DNA of 63,983 nt, filler included, from Circinaria calcarea (lineage: Eukaryota): assembly GCA_051942165.1 (NCBI GenBank). It is 10 parts of 10 records of this genome, joined end to end, with 100 filler letters (N's around TTAATTAATTAA, not from the genome) between each part and the next. Parts side by side here need not be neighbours in the genome. Positions count along the whole stretch, not along the records: positions 1 to 6,375 come from JAVECS010001601.1; positions 6,476 to 12,848 come from JAVECS010001602.1; 8 more parts are not named here. One strand, 5' to 3'. Shown piece by piece: positions 1 through 11,751 of this stretch. Numbering within the stretch: the stretch's first letter is position 1; each line of letters opens with the position of its first letter. The position numbers and the translations under genes are program-made. Below the pieces are notes generated by a model. That model was not told the origin of the DNA, did no database searches, and saw nothing but the letters and a program-made list of their open reading frames with translations.

Positions 1-1158
1 TGTACTCCCGTCTGTCTGACGTCCACCCGCTGCTTTGGCACTTTTGTTCTTTTTCTTTGCTTTCTCCAAAGCCTTGCCAGTCAAGACGGTAATCCCAAGC
101 CTCTCGTCCACATCCCTAGCCTGGTCATACATATCATCCAACTCCAGAATCTCGCAGGCCTGTCTGTAGTTCTTTGATCCTGTGACCCTTTGGTACACCT
201 CGGCTTTCCCGGGCATAAGCTGGCTGAGCAGGAACTTTGTGTTGCCCCACCGATTATCTACATCCAAGGCGATCTGCATGTACTCCCTAACGACTTCCCT
301 CCAAGGTCGCAAACCTCCCTCCTCTTCTGTCCTGAAAACACTTGAATTGGCTTCTGCTGCTGTCGCGATCATCCCACCATCGACACCATATTCTTCAGCA
401 AGCTTGATTGCTTGATCTCTATTAGCCACGTCTCCGTTCATGAGGCAAGCTACACCGGCTTCCCTGCAGATATCACCAATCATTCTCAATTGGTCGCGTA
501 TGGCTCTTTCTCGAGGCCTCATCGGAGTTGTACGGCAGTGGACCGTCAAACCTGTGATTCCTGTCTGACACAGCCTTCGAACCAATGCTTCCGTCTTTTC
601 TGGCGTCTCAAGTAGCCGAATTTTGACACTTATGCCAATTTCATAAGGCCCGCCTACCTCCTCGACCAACGCTTCCAAGATCGAGCCAAGAAGCTCAGGC
701 GTTTGCAACAAGGCCGCGCCCATACCTCCGGACGTAGAAAAGGGCTTGGGGCAGCCAGCATTCACGTCAATCCCGGCGACATCAGAAGCTACCATCTTGG
801 CCGCTTCAACCGCAAGCGTGGGCGACGACGTCCCAATCTGGAATACCAGACGGCCATGCTCGCGTGTGGGGTGAAGCCTGTATATTACACTCTCTCTCTG
901 CTCCGGCGGAGGTACCCTGGAGCTGTTGGAGGGCAAGCGCGTGAAATCGATCGTTCCGGTAACCGGATTAAGCTTCTTGGTCGTGCCAATCATGGCTTTA
1001 TCGACCGTCTCCGGGCCCCATACTAGATCTGCCCCATACTTCAATGCGAGGAGGCGGGATGGTAGTTCTCCTGATCGAACCATGGGCGCCAGGACCACTT
1101 TGCCCCGGTAGTCCACTCCATTTCTGGGTATGGGAATCCGCTTTGGAACAGTTGTCAT
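1..1158 (-). CDS. DUS2: tRNA-dihydrouridine synthase 2 (Dus2/Smm1), 3' end beyond window
   Basis: Manual translation from ATG 1158: [53 protein letters not shown]...[23 protein letters not shown]...TVHCRT...NGDV. The frame is open to position 1, which is why the ORF track missed it. Confidence 0.93.
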   Translation of the reverse strand, partial: MTTVPKRIPIPRNGVDYRGKVVLAPMVRSGELPSRLLALKYGADLVWGPETVDKAMIGTTKKLNPVTGTIDFTRLPSNSSRVPPPEQRESVIYRLHPTREHGRLVFQIGTSSPTLAVEAAKMVASDVAGIDVNAGCPKPFSTSGGMGAALLQTPELLGSILEALVEEVGGPYEIGISVKIRLLETPEKTEALVRRLCQTGITGLTVHCRTTPMRPRERAIRDQLRMIGDICREAGVACLMNGDVANRDQAIKLAEEYGVDGGMIATAAEANSSVFRTEEEGGLRPWREVVREYMQIALDVDNRWGNTKFLLSQLMPGKAEVYQRVTGSKNYRQACEILELDDMYDQARDVDERLGITVLTGKALEKAKKKNKSAKAAGGRQTDGST

Positions 1159-1438
1159 GGTTTTGGCGATGTGGTGTAGCATACCATATCTTACAGTATC
1201 TCAAAGTAATTCCTATATTCCTAAACGGTACTGCGTGGCTTGCATCCACCAAAATGATTCACCAGGAGTGGTGAAGTTTTATGTAACATTTGTACAGCTC
1301 TGCACAAATTTTATTCCTGCAATCATATCCGAACCGCTCGTTGATGCAGATTCTCATGCCTTTGCCTTTTCGCAGTCGAAGCTGCAGCTGAGATTGACTT
1401 TCGCATTAAACTTTTCTGGATTCGACCATTTAGATCAC

Positions 1439-2814
1439 ATGCGGCCTGCGAGTCCAGCGCTTCGCTCAATCAATTGCTCCAGAAGTCCAATCCAGCGTCT
1501 GCATTTTCTGCACGCCCACCGCCCGATTATCGCTTTTCCCATCCTGGCGTCCCCCACTACCAAAAGCCCCCCTAAGCCCAACCCTACAAATACTTCCACT
1601 TCCCGCCTACATTTGACAGCTCGACATTTCTCAACATCCTCTCCACACAACATCGAGATGGCTCAGTTACCTGTCAGTGAGAAGGGATACCACTCAAAGG
1701 CCCCCAGTGCCTATACCGTCAGGAAGAATGCTCCAGCGAACACGCTTGAGCACCGTATCTACATTGAAAAGGATGGATACCCCGTGTCGCCATTCCATGA
1801 TATCCCTCTCTATGCCAATGAGCAGCAGACCGTTCTGAACATGGTTGTTGAGATCCCAAGGTGGACCAATGGCAAGCTGGAGGTCAGACACAATTTTCCC
1901 TCGTACAACTACGTCTCATCCTAATATGAATATGTCCTTGAAGTTTGAAATTTAGCTGACATTGAGATGTGTAGATCTCCAAAGAAGAAGAGTTGAACCC
2001 TATCAAGCAAGATATAAAGAAGGGTAAGCTTCGATTCGTTCGCAACTGCTTCCCTCACAAAGGCTACCTTTGGAATTACGGCGCCTTCCCTCAAGTAAGT
2101 GCTTCTGTAATCTAGGTCTTATGCCATTGACTAAGGACGTTGCTGCAGACTTGGGAAGATCCCAATGTTGTTCACCCAGAGACCAAGGCAAAAGGTGACA
2201 ACGATCCCCTTGATGTCTGCGAGATTGGCGAATTAGTCGGATACCCTGGACAGGTTAAGCAAGTCAAGGTCCTCGGTGTTATGGCGTTGCTCGACGAAGA
2301 GGAGACCGACTGGAAGATCATGGTCATTGATGTCAATGATCCATTGGCGCCGAAGCTGAACGATATCGAAGATGTAGAGAGGCATCTGCCCGGTTTACTC
2401 AGAGCCTCGAACGAATGGTTCCGGATCTACAAAATCCCCGATGGCAAGCCAGAGAATCAGTTTGCATTCTCGGGCGAATGCAAGAACAAAAAGTGAGCCG
2501 AAGCACAACCCTCTACGGACAATTACTAATCGAAGTCAAAGGTACGCCATGGATGTTGTCCGCGAGTGTGCTGAAGCCTGGGAAAGGTTGATCACTGGCA
2601 AGACCCAACCCGGCAAGATTTCCCTGTATGTACCCTAGAAGGAGCATTCCCGCATAGTACTAACAGCAGTTACAGGAAAAACGTTTCAGTCCCTCACTCG
2701 CCAGATCGTGTTCAGCCCGGTACGGTCCATGTACCCCCACATGAGGATTTACCACCGGCGCCTATCGATGGTATTTATGACAAGTGGTTCTTCATCTCTG
2801 GTGCCGCTGTGTAG
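1439..2814 (+). CDS. IPP1: Family I inorganic pyrophosphatase, 5 exons, with N-terminal mitochondrial presequence; second in-frame ATG at 1658
   Basis: Motifs [55 protein letters not shown]. Introns 1883-1974, 2095-2148, 2493-2541, 2626-2675. Ends [14 protein letters not shown]. Confidence 0.96.
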
Positions 2815-3031
2815 ATGCATTTCGGCATGAAATGGGTCGGGGAACGTTGAGCCATGGCGGGCCTTGACCAAACTGCGATGACGAGCCCCAAATTTTCGAG
2901 CAAACGAGCCTAGATCGGGCCTTTTAAAATGCATTATAGATAGCTATGTGTACGACCTGAACATGCATTTAGAAATTGTAGTCCCTAACGCCGACGCTGA
3001 TGCTGCATATACTTGTTCTACCTCCTCGCAA

Positions 3032-3399
3032 TCAACTACCCGTCAAATCTGCCTTTCGGTTGAGAGCTCTTGAATGCCGGTCCACTTCTTCCATGATATC
3101 ACCGATGCTCAACTTCTCCGTGTTCAACTGCATTTCTTTCCCATCCTCTGTCCCACCAGGAGATTAGCCGCCAGGTCCACCATCAATGTACCTGCACTCC
3201 GAGGCGCCTAGATTCACATACTGAACTTCAGTGCCAATGAGCTTCCTTCCCGACTATCCCGTGGTAACAGCTTCGTATTGATTTTCATCGTCTGCCGCGC
3301 ATTGGGAGGGAGGTGGGCTAGGAAGGTCCGACATGTCTTTGCTTTCTTGGAGAAGGGATTGAATTTGGTGGAGACGTCGGTAATGAATTTGGTGATCAT
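3032..3399 (-). CDS. MRPL44: Mitochondrial ribosomal protein mL53 (MRPL44), 2 exons
   Basis: MITKFITDVSTKFNPFSKKAKTCRTFLAHLP...LKF|KDGKEMQLNTEKLSIGDIMEEVDRHSRALNRKADLTGS; intron 3148-3221. Confidence 0.9.
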
Positions 3400-3676
3400 G
3401 TCGAGGAAGGTCTGGGAACGTGTAGCTTTGGGTTAGCAGATGCCTTGTGTGGAAGTATGTTTGGGTCCAGAGATAGAAAAAGATAGCATACCAATAGAAT
3501 GATCTAATCACTACCAACACTCCTCCTGCAGTAAGGATTGTAGTGCTCTTGAAACTCATTGTGAATGTCGAAGAACATCCCTGCAATCCTCCGGCTAGCG
3601 GCGGTCGGCAGTCCTCATTGTGTGAGGAGGGCGTTGATCAGCATCTCCACTTGTCAATCCCGCTTGCTGCTTTGAC

Positions 3677-5079
3677 ATGACCACGCAAGAGCTTAATTCG
3701 CGTCTCAAGTCTCTATCAGAAGCTAACCGTGAGAGTCTACAGCTAATCAACCGCCTCTCCAAGTTCCCCTCTACCCCAGGCTCCAGCCCATCGAACTCTA
3801 CGGACGGCGATCCTCGTATAGAGCTCAGCGCGGAGATCCACCAAAGTCTAAAAGAGCAAGAGGAAGATTTTGAGCTACTTAAGCAGGAAGTAGAGGATCT
3901 TACAAGTGGTGGCGTCTGGGGTTCCGGGGCTAGACGAAGGGATAGCGAAAAGGACAGGGAGCGGGTTGCACTCGTTTCGCAGGTTGAACGCCTAGGTGCG
4001 GATCTGAAAGTGTAAGAGCTTCTGGATGCTATGAGTACGCGTTGTAAACTGAATGAAAGGCAGTGCCCGCGCCCAATTCCGAAAAGCTCAGCTCCAAGCC
4101 AAGCGAAACGCTGAGGCCGCCAAACGAAAAGAGCGTGAACTACTCTTCGCATCTGTCCAAGAAGGAAGCACGACTTCAGGCCCTGGCAGACGCAGACACC
4201 AGGAAAAACTCACTCAAGACGAACTAGCCCTCAATGCCTCCAACGAGGTAACGGCCGCCTTGAGTCGTATGCACCAGCTTGTCCAATCGGAACTCGAACA
4301 AAGCCAATTTGCAACCGATACCCTACGTAGGATTTGTTAGTTCTCTACACAGAATATATAGACTAACAATTGTTTCCCTGACAGAACAAGGCACAGCCGC
4401 CCTCACTTCTCTAAACGAATCTTACTCAACCCTATCCTCCCTCCTCACCTCCTCTCGATCTCTTGTCTCTACTTTGATCCACTCTCAAAAATCAGACACT
4501 TGGTACCTAGAGACAACCTTCTACATTCTTAGTGCCACGATCGCCTGGCTCGTCTTCCGGCGGCTCATTTACGGTCCAGGGTGGTGGTTACTTTATCTGC
4601 CTACCAAACTAATGTTGGGATTTATATCTTCGATTTTAACAATTTCGATCAGTTTAATTTCTACCCTTGCTGGTCTCGTTGGAGGATCTGGAAGCAGTGC
4701 TGCGGTATCAAGTGTCGGGGACAAGCTCTCCACTAGTCTAATAGTAAAGCCAAGTGCTGTGGGTGGGATTCCAAGGTTCAGCAAGGTCATGGCTGCGCCG
4801 TCGATCGCAGTTGGGGGTGGGGGGAAAGGGGGAAAAGCACCACCTGGGAACCAAGTTCCCCCAGGTCATGGTAATGTGCTGGACCAAATAGGAAAAATAA
4901 TAGATGATAGTCAAGAGGAAGGTAAGACTGCCAGTGGAAGATCAGAGCAAGCGAGTGGAGCAAACCAAGGGACCGTTCTAAGGGAAAGGAATGAGGATGA
5001 ACGACCAAACCCGAAGAAAAGGATGTTTGAGGAACCGAGTGGCAGAGAGCAAGGGGAGCGGGTGAGAGATGAGCTATAG
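3677..5079 (+). CDS. SEC20: ER SNARE Sec20, 3 exons
   Basis: ARAQFRKAQLQAKRNAE, ALNASNEVTAALSRMHQLVQSELEQSQFA, SQKSDTWYLETTFYIL followed by a TM helix (IAWLVFRRLIYGPGWW); introns 4012-4063 and 4327-4384. Confidence 0.9.
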
Positions 5080-5548
5080 TTGTTCAATCCAGCATGGCTC
5101 AGGGAGACAAATACAATAGTCTAGATGTTGGTTATCACCAAGTAAAGGAGTTGATGGATACCTTTTTATTACTCCTTTTCCATGAACTGACCAATGATCT
5201 CAATGACAGGGAGGCGGAAGATTTACCTCGCTACCACAGTAAACGTTGAGAGAATATGACTCAACTCAAGGGAATACCATTGCATTTACCATTGTACATA
5301 GCAAGCTCAGGTTTGCCTACTTTGTAGTAAATACAACTCCACGTTCGCGCGTCACACCATGGATATACGCGCGTTAAGTGGTCTTCTAAACATCAGAGGA
5401 ATTTTGTATTGCTCTTTCCATCCGATTCTCGTCTAATAAGTATAAACACTTCATCTCTACTATCAATATCGACTCCTCCCAACTCCCTCCTTTCGCTAGC
5501 CTCTCATTGTCCGCCTTCTACCAGCACCACTCAAAGAAAGTGGTCATC

Positions 5549-6375
5549 ATGAGCCCCTCATCATCACCCCTCCTCACAGAATGGACAACTCTCTACAGCC
5601 AAACCCTCCCATCGCTCGCTCTCTCCAACTCCCCGGCGCAACCGAAGTGGCCAGTCCATCTAGACCATTGCTTCGCGCGCATTATCTATGACGCCGTCAT
5701 CGGGATCGACGTGCCGTGGACCCGCAGGTTGAAAAGCCCAGCCGTAAAGTACATGAGCAAGGAGCAGCTTCGGAAATGTATCGGGATGGGAGAGGGGATC
5801 GCGGAGGGGAGGATCGATTTGAAGGAATGGGATGAACGGAGTTTGAGGGTTAGGGGGAAGGTGGAGGGTGGGAAGAGGAAAAGAAATATTGATGTGGGGA
5901 AGCAGGAGGAGGCCTCCAAGAAGATATGTGTAGAGACGAAAAGGAGGCCGGAAAAGTCAAGACCTATGCCCGGGAAACAAACCGACATCCGCAGCACCTT
6001 TTTCCCCCTCAAGCCGCCGCCTTCTTCTACCGAAGTTCCACCGTTACTCCTCAGTCTACCATCCTCCCTATCTTCATTTCTACTAACCATCTTACCCGGA
6101 AGCACCGAAACCAAAGACCAATCCCCCATCCCCTCGGCCCATGCCCTCCTTCAAACTTCCTCCCTGCCCGCCTTCCGCCGGTCCACCCTTCTCGCCCTCC
6201 TCCAAGTACCTCGCGGCCACTACACTACCTACGCAGCCCTCGCCACCTTCTTGCACTCCTCCCCACGCGCCGTTGGCAACGCGATGCGGAATAACCCTTT
6301 TGCACCCACGGTACCATGTCATCGCGTACTGGCGAGCGATGGGAGCATTGGGGGTTTTGGGGGCGAGTGGGGGGA
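5549..6375 (+). CDS. O6-alkylguanine-DNA alkyltransferase (MGMT-type) domain fused to an uncharacterised N-terminal WPVxxDHCFAR domain; 3' truncated at contig end
   Basis: C-terminal VPRGHYTTYAALA..SSPRAVGNAMRNNPFAPTVPCHRVLASDGSIGGF retains the PCHRV active site. A single open frame runs from ATG 5549. Confidence 0.88.
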
Positions 6376-6475
6376 NNNNNNNNNNNNNNNNNNNNNNNNN
6401 NNNNNNNNNNNNNNNNNNNTTAATTAATTAANNNNNNNNNNNNNNNNNNNNNNNNNNNNNNNNNNNNNNNNNNNN
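6376..6475. other. Artificial 100-nt contig spacer (N44-TTAATTAATTAA-N44); also at 12849, 19322, 25792, 32258, 38720, 45171, 51620, 58052
   Basis: The identical six-frame-stop linker occurs nine times, and contig lengths fall from about 6375 to 6332 nt. Confidence 0.99.
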
Positions 6476-6528
6476 TCCCTTGACCGATTTCCCCCCCCCG
6501 ATTTCGTCATCGAGAAAGCGACAGAGGT

Positions 6529-8523
6529 ATGTCAGCGGCCGTTGCGCATCGCAGAACTCCTCCGCATATACCCCGTCCGGCGTCTAGGACGCATTCACCT
6601 ATGGACAGTAAGAAACACAGTGCGAAACCTGAAGGTGAGTCGGCCGTCGCCGTCGCTCCCTCTGACTCTTCCCACTGCATCGCCAATCTCGTTCCCCGTT
6701 GCCGCTCAAGGGCGATGGCGCTTTCCATACCCACAACCTTCTCTTGACATCATCGTCGCATACCAAAGTATACGATTGCTGATGTTCTGACCGTATAGAC
6801 AAAGTGAAGAAAGATTCGTCATTACAGTCCAGCCAGACGGCCGAGAAGTCGCCGCCATCTCAATCGGGTATGCCGAGTCATCGCCTTCCTGTCCACCTCT
6901 ACCGCCGTCATCATCTCTAACGTCAGCCTAGAACCTCCATCCATCACCAAACAACCTCCGGATAACATCGCCAGTACTGATACCAAGATTGTTGCCAATG
7001 CGGAGACTGCGCAACCGCTTGCTCCACCACCTCGACCAGCGCCACAACAACAACACACCGCAGACACACCCGATTACTTCTCATCGGTCCACAACAACAG
7101 CCACTTCTCTCTTGAACCCAACCCGTTCGAGCAGTCTTTTGGCAATCCTTCCACGGAAACGCCAGGAAAATCGATACTGCCACCGGTAGCAGCTCTCGCA
7201 TCCCCAGCGCTACTGACTGGAACCGCAAGCCTTGGTGGAGGATATAACTGGTCGAACTCGTTGAGGTCGGGACCGCTCAGTCCTGCTATGCTCAGTGGCC
7301 CGACTGGGGACGGAGGCTACTTTGATAGCCATCTCCGGGGAGGGTTTCCCACACCCAACGAGTCATCTCTACGGACAGGATTGACACCCGGTGGTGGTGG
7401 GTCTATGTTCCCTGCACCAAGTCCAAACTCGCAAGCAATTTATCAACAATTGGCAAGTGGTGGCGCGACACCGAATACCTTGGACTTCCATCGTACAGCA
7501 ATGACTGCTGCCGCCGCCAGGAAGACCGAGAATCTAAACTACAGTAACGGAAGTGTGTCGCAAGCCCAAGACCAACGCGCACAAATTGCAAATATGGACC
7601 AGTCATCACATCAACAAGCTGCGCATCAGCACTTTGGCCAGCACGATAATGATGCTGCCAACGGACTATTTCTACTTGCGCAAGCTGGCAATGAATCTCA
7701 ATCGAACAATCAATTCGCCGTACCCAATCAGCCCTCTCATGGTCTGCCGGTATCGGCTCATGTACAAGAATCCTCTCCTAACCTCGCAAGGAGAGGCGCA
7801 CGTAATGCTGGTGGATCAGTGGGAGGTAGTTTGTCTGGTTCAATACGGGGGATGAGTGAAATGAGCGGTGATATGTCTGATGGGGTCGACCATTCCAAGC
7901 CAAACACGAGAGCGAAAAGTAAGCGCACCACGTCTAGTAAAGGAACTGCAAATGCCAGACGGAAAGCAGAGGATACTCCATCCAAACCGCCGGCTGCGAA
8001 GAAAACGAAGAACAATAACAACAGTAATAACATAAGTGCAAACATTGACTTGAGTATGGATGGTATGGATTCAGATGAGGAGCAAAACATTAAAGAAGAG
8101 CAATACCATGAAAATGGAAAGAAAATGACCGACGAGGAGAAACGAAAGAATTTCCTCGAGCGCAACAGGTAGGACCTCGCACATTGTTCTTCCCATGTTT
8201 GAAGTTAACATTTTCCTAGGGTTGCCGCGCTAAAGTGCCGGCAGAGGAAGAAGCAGTGGCTTGCAAACCTGCAAGCAAAGGTTGAGATATTTAGCAGTGA
8301 AAACGATGCCCTATCAGCAACTGTGGCTCAGTTACGCGAGGAGATTCTCAACCTCAAGACGATTTTAATCGCACACAAAGACTGCCCAATCTCTCAGTCA
8401 CAAGGCGTGACCTCCTTTATCCAACACAATCAAGCAGGCGAATACAACAACCACGCCAACTCTTACAGCATGGCCATGCAGAACGGCCAACAGATTATGT
8501 CGGGCCCACGGAGATATTCATAA
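6529..8523 (+). CDS. ATF1: ATF/CREB bZIP transcription factor Atf1/AtfA, 4 exons
   Basis: Aft1 motifs LEPNPFEQSFG, SLRSGPLSPAML, TPNESSLRTGLTPGGGGSMFP; bZIP TDEEKRKNFLERNR|VAALKCRQRKKQWLANLQAKVE; introns 6635-6798, 6868-6931, 8169-8219. Confidence 0.95.
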
Positions 8524-9050
8524 AACCAAGCCTTGGAAGTTCTGCACTCAGTGAAACCAGGCATCCCGAGTTCTTAATTGTTACGACAGGCATGACTTAC
8601 GACTCGGGTGTGGTTGTCCAGTACCAATCAGGGGGCTGCAGTTGGGCGGATTAAACTGCAGATAATCCTACTATGGGTTGGGCCCACTGCAAGGCATGTA
8701 CTCGGCATGTACATTAGGTTTTTCCCTTTAGCTGTCATAGTACTTGGCACCTAGCGTGGCTCTGGATGGGGGCTTTGCAACCTTAGATGTAAATAGGTCT
8801 ATTTCACTTTCATTTATTACCCTACGGTTGTGGCGTATGGAGCATTGTTGCCTTGAGCATTCGGCGTCAGGGCTTGCATCGAAGAAACAAGCGCTGTACT
8901 CTCGATAGGAGCAATGAACTGTGTTCGTATTACTCATTCATCTTATACACATCGTTGTAGCAACTCCCATGTCAATGATACGGCAAGCCACACTGTGTCT
9001 AACATATCAAGCTTCAAAAAGTACTCGATAGCTTGCTTCACAAATACTTT

Positions 9051-9536
9051 TTAAGTCACAGGGCCGTTCCTCCCCATCACTGCTTTCTCGTACTCTTCGA
9101 TCTTGATTGCTCCCGCGGACCACACCATCACAGCTTGGACCCGGATTACAGTCGAAGCCCTCGTGTTTCCAGATCTTTTGCCAATCTGTATTCGTTCCCC
9201 ATCATTAGGGTCCACGTATCCGATGACATTGACCCACTCCCCAGTTTGCGTGTCCGTCGCTTTCAGGCTAGAGAGTAGTAGGTTTACATCGACCATTGCC
9301 GTCACCTCCGGTACCGATCCCGTGGCAATGGCAGGTGGCGGGTAAGTATGCCGGAGGTCCAACATCCCGGTTGGAGTAGAGTATTTGGTCACACTGTAAG
9401 TGAAAAGTGAGCACCGCCACTTCGGATTAGAAGAAGGAAGTATCAACCAGCCTAAGAAGCGAACTTTCGAACCAGCTGGGATGGAGGGTAAATCGCTGAG
9501 GAAGACGAGAGCTGTCGGGAGTGGACCATGGCTCAT
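9051..9536 (-). CDS. TEN1: CST complex telomere-capping subunit Ten1 (OB fold)
   Basis: MSHGPLPTALVFLSDLP..GSKVRFLGC|VTKY...VDVNLLL...GEWVNVIGYV...VQAVMVWSAG; probable 54-nt intron 9394-9447. Confidence 0.88.
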   Translation of the reverse strand: MSHGPLPTALVFLSDLPSIPAGSKVRFLGWLILPSSNPKWRCSLFTYSVTKYSTPTGMLDLRHTYPPPAIATGSVPEVTAMVDVNLLLSSLKATDTQTGEWVNVIGYVDPNDGERIQIGKRSGNTRASTVIRVQAVMVWSAGAIKIEEYEKAVMGRNGPVT

Positions 9537-10098
9537 GCTGCGATGGAGATTCTGTATTGCATCCTCGGGGCAAAACACGACGTCTACGGTTTGGATCTAC
9601 AGGTAGAGAGATGGTTACAGTAGTGTCAGTATGGTGAAGTCGGGCGAGAACAACTGCTCCGTAGCCCTAAATTCTGTCGGCCGTTGTTGCGTAGCTAAAA
9701 GGCGTATCACGTGTTGCTGCGCCCTGAAATGGATAAGCTCCGGCTATGTCATAGGCTACCTAATCGTTGCGACCATTGTTCTCCGATAGCTAAGGCATCA
9801 AATAAACGGGTAGTCCAACACTACGCGACGAGATTTACACAAGTTGAGCTTGCACGATCTTGAAGCTCCAGAAGTTAGACACATCAGTGGGCCTGTTGAG
9901 TGTCCGCTCAGCTTTCCTGGCGTATTTCGACCCCGGGGCAGCACCTAGACCGCCCATTACCTAAACCACCGGTCACCAGGTCTGGAGTTCGCGTCCTCCA
10001 GAGCTAATAACAGTAATCCTATCTAACTGTTTGTCGATACTTTGTGGCCTCTAGAGTTATCCGGAGGAACGCGTGCATAAAGCACAAAGGTTATTAGC

Positions 10099-11106
10099 AT
10101 GTGGGGAACATGGTTTGGAGGAAGCGGAGGGCAGAAGAGGAAGGATGCGCCAAAGAAAGCTATCTTGGACCTACGGCAGCAGCTGGATATGCTGCAAAAG
10201 AGGGAGAAACACTTGGAGAACCAGATGGCAGAGCAGGAGGCTATCGCGAGGAAGAACGTCTCGACTAATAAGACTGGTAAGTGGCATGCCGCCCCTTTAC
10301 TGGGACGTCCCTACCCGAGGGCCTCCATACTGGACGTTTGCGGCCACGTTTTGGTCCTATACCACAGCTGCCATGGCATCCTCCGCTTGGTTCAACACAG
10401 CAAATGTGGTCCTGATCCGCTGACTAAATTTCTCGATCCCTACAGCTGCCCGAACCGCCCTCAAACGCAAGAAAGCTCACGAACACTCCCTCGAACAAAC
10501 CTCCGCCCAGATCTCCATGCTCGAAAACCAAATTTACTCGATTGAATCCGCCAACATCAACCAAGAGACCCTGCTCGCCATGAAGAACGCCAGCAAAGCC
10601 ATGAAAGAGATCCACGGGACCTTGACTATAGACAAGGTAGACGAGATAATGTACGTCTGGGAAAATCTTCCTGTTATCATTACTCTACCCCCCTCGAGAC
10701 TTCTACTGACTGGATTCGTTTGGTAGGGAAGGACTCGGCGATCAAAAGGCCTTGGCCGACGAAATCGGAAACGCCATTGCCAACGGTCCACATGCGGGCG
10801 AGGCCATCGACGAAGGCGAATTAGAAGACGAGCTCGCGACCTTGGAGCAGGAAGACTTGGACGAGAAGATGTTGAAGACAGGGACGGTACCGGTGTTACC
10901 GACGGGGCCGAATGGAGAACGTACGTGCACTCGACTCTACCCTAGATCTCCTGCCCTGCAATACACCGCTTCCGGGACAGTAAACCGCATGGCTGACTCC
11001 ATTTACCACTACAGTTATAGGCAAAGGCAAGACAAAAGCCGCGCCGGTCGAGGAAGAAGACGAGGAAGAGGAGCTACGGAAGCTCCAGGCCGAGATGGCC
11101 ATGTAA
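10099..11106 (+). CDS. SNF7: ESCRT-III subunit Snf7/Vps32, 4 exons
   Basis: KDAPKKAILDLRQQLDMLQKREKHL, IESANINQETL, IDEGELEDELATLEQEDLDEKML, EEEELRKLQAEMAM; introns about 10277-10445, 10650-10726, 10922-11014. Confidence 0.95.
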
Positions 11107-11751
11107 CCTCAACCCTACACTCTGCCCCCCTGTCTTTTTCGTTAGAAACGCGAAGCCATCACGTGCACCTGAAGCTAAACCACGATACGAATGTACTACG
11201 GCATTTACTCTAGTCACGGGCGTTTTGAAAGCTCATGGCGTTGCTTCCACGATGATATCTGTGAGAACCTTTTTTTTTTGGCATTTGTAATTTTAAACTA
11301 GGGTAGGTTTAGCTAGAAGAAAAGGGGGGAGGAGGGGGCAGACAAGTAGGTTTGTCTCATTAAAGCCCTAGCTAAACCATTCCCATATTTTTTTTTGAAT
11401 TGAAAAAAAAGCGCTCTTCAACTCAAAGAGCATCATCTATGCTTCTTTTTTCTCCGTGTAGTCATGTATGACTGACTGTATGGGATGCCCCCATCATCCT
11501 CCGTGTGTGCAAATGCAGGCAGGCAGGGCAAACGCGAGATGGGATCGGTACCATAACTGGAATAGGTCAGAGTACTGACTGTACCCAACTCATAATGCAT
11601 GCAGGATGGCCCCGCCCCGCCATGATGCCCCGTGAATGCTGATGCCCCCCATATCCTCATGCACAAAAATACTGCGACCATGAATGTTTGATCAAGTGTG
11701 CACACGAAAGAAGTTGCCGTCTTTCGTGGAAAATCCTAAAAAAAGAGATTT

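Noticed and set aside
1130..1438. Further 103-codon upstream extension of IPP1 in the ORF track
   Set aside because: It overlaps the DUS2 start on the opposite strand and spans the shared promoter; most likely a chance open frame.
4010..4063. Possible stwintron in SEC20 (GT-GTAAGA..CAG)
   Set aside because: A single canonical intron 4012-4063 already restores the frame, and the rebuilt outer donor would be poor.
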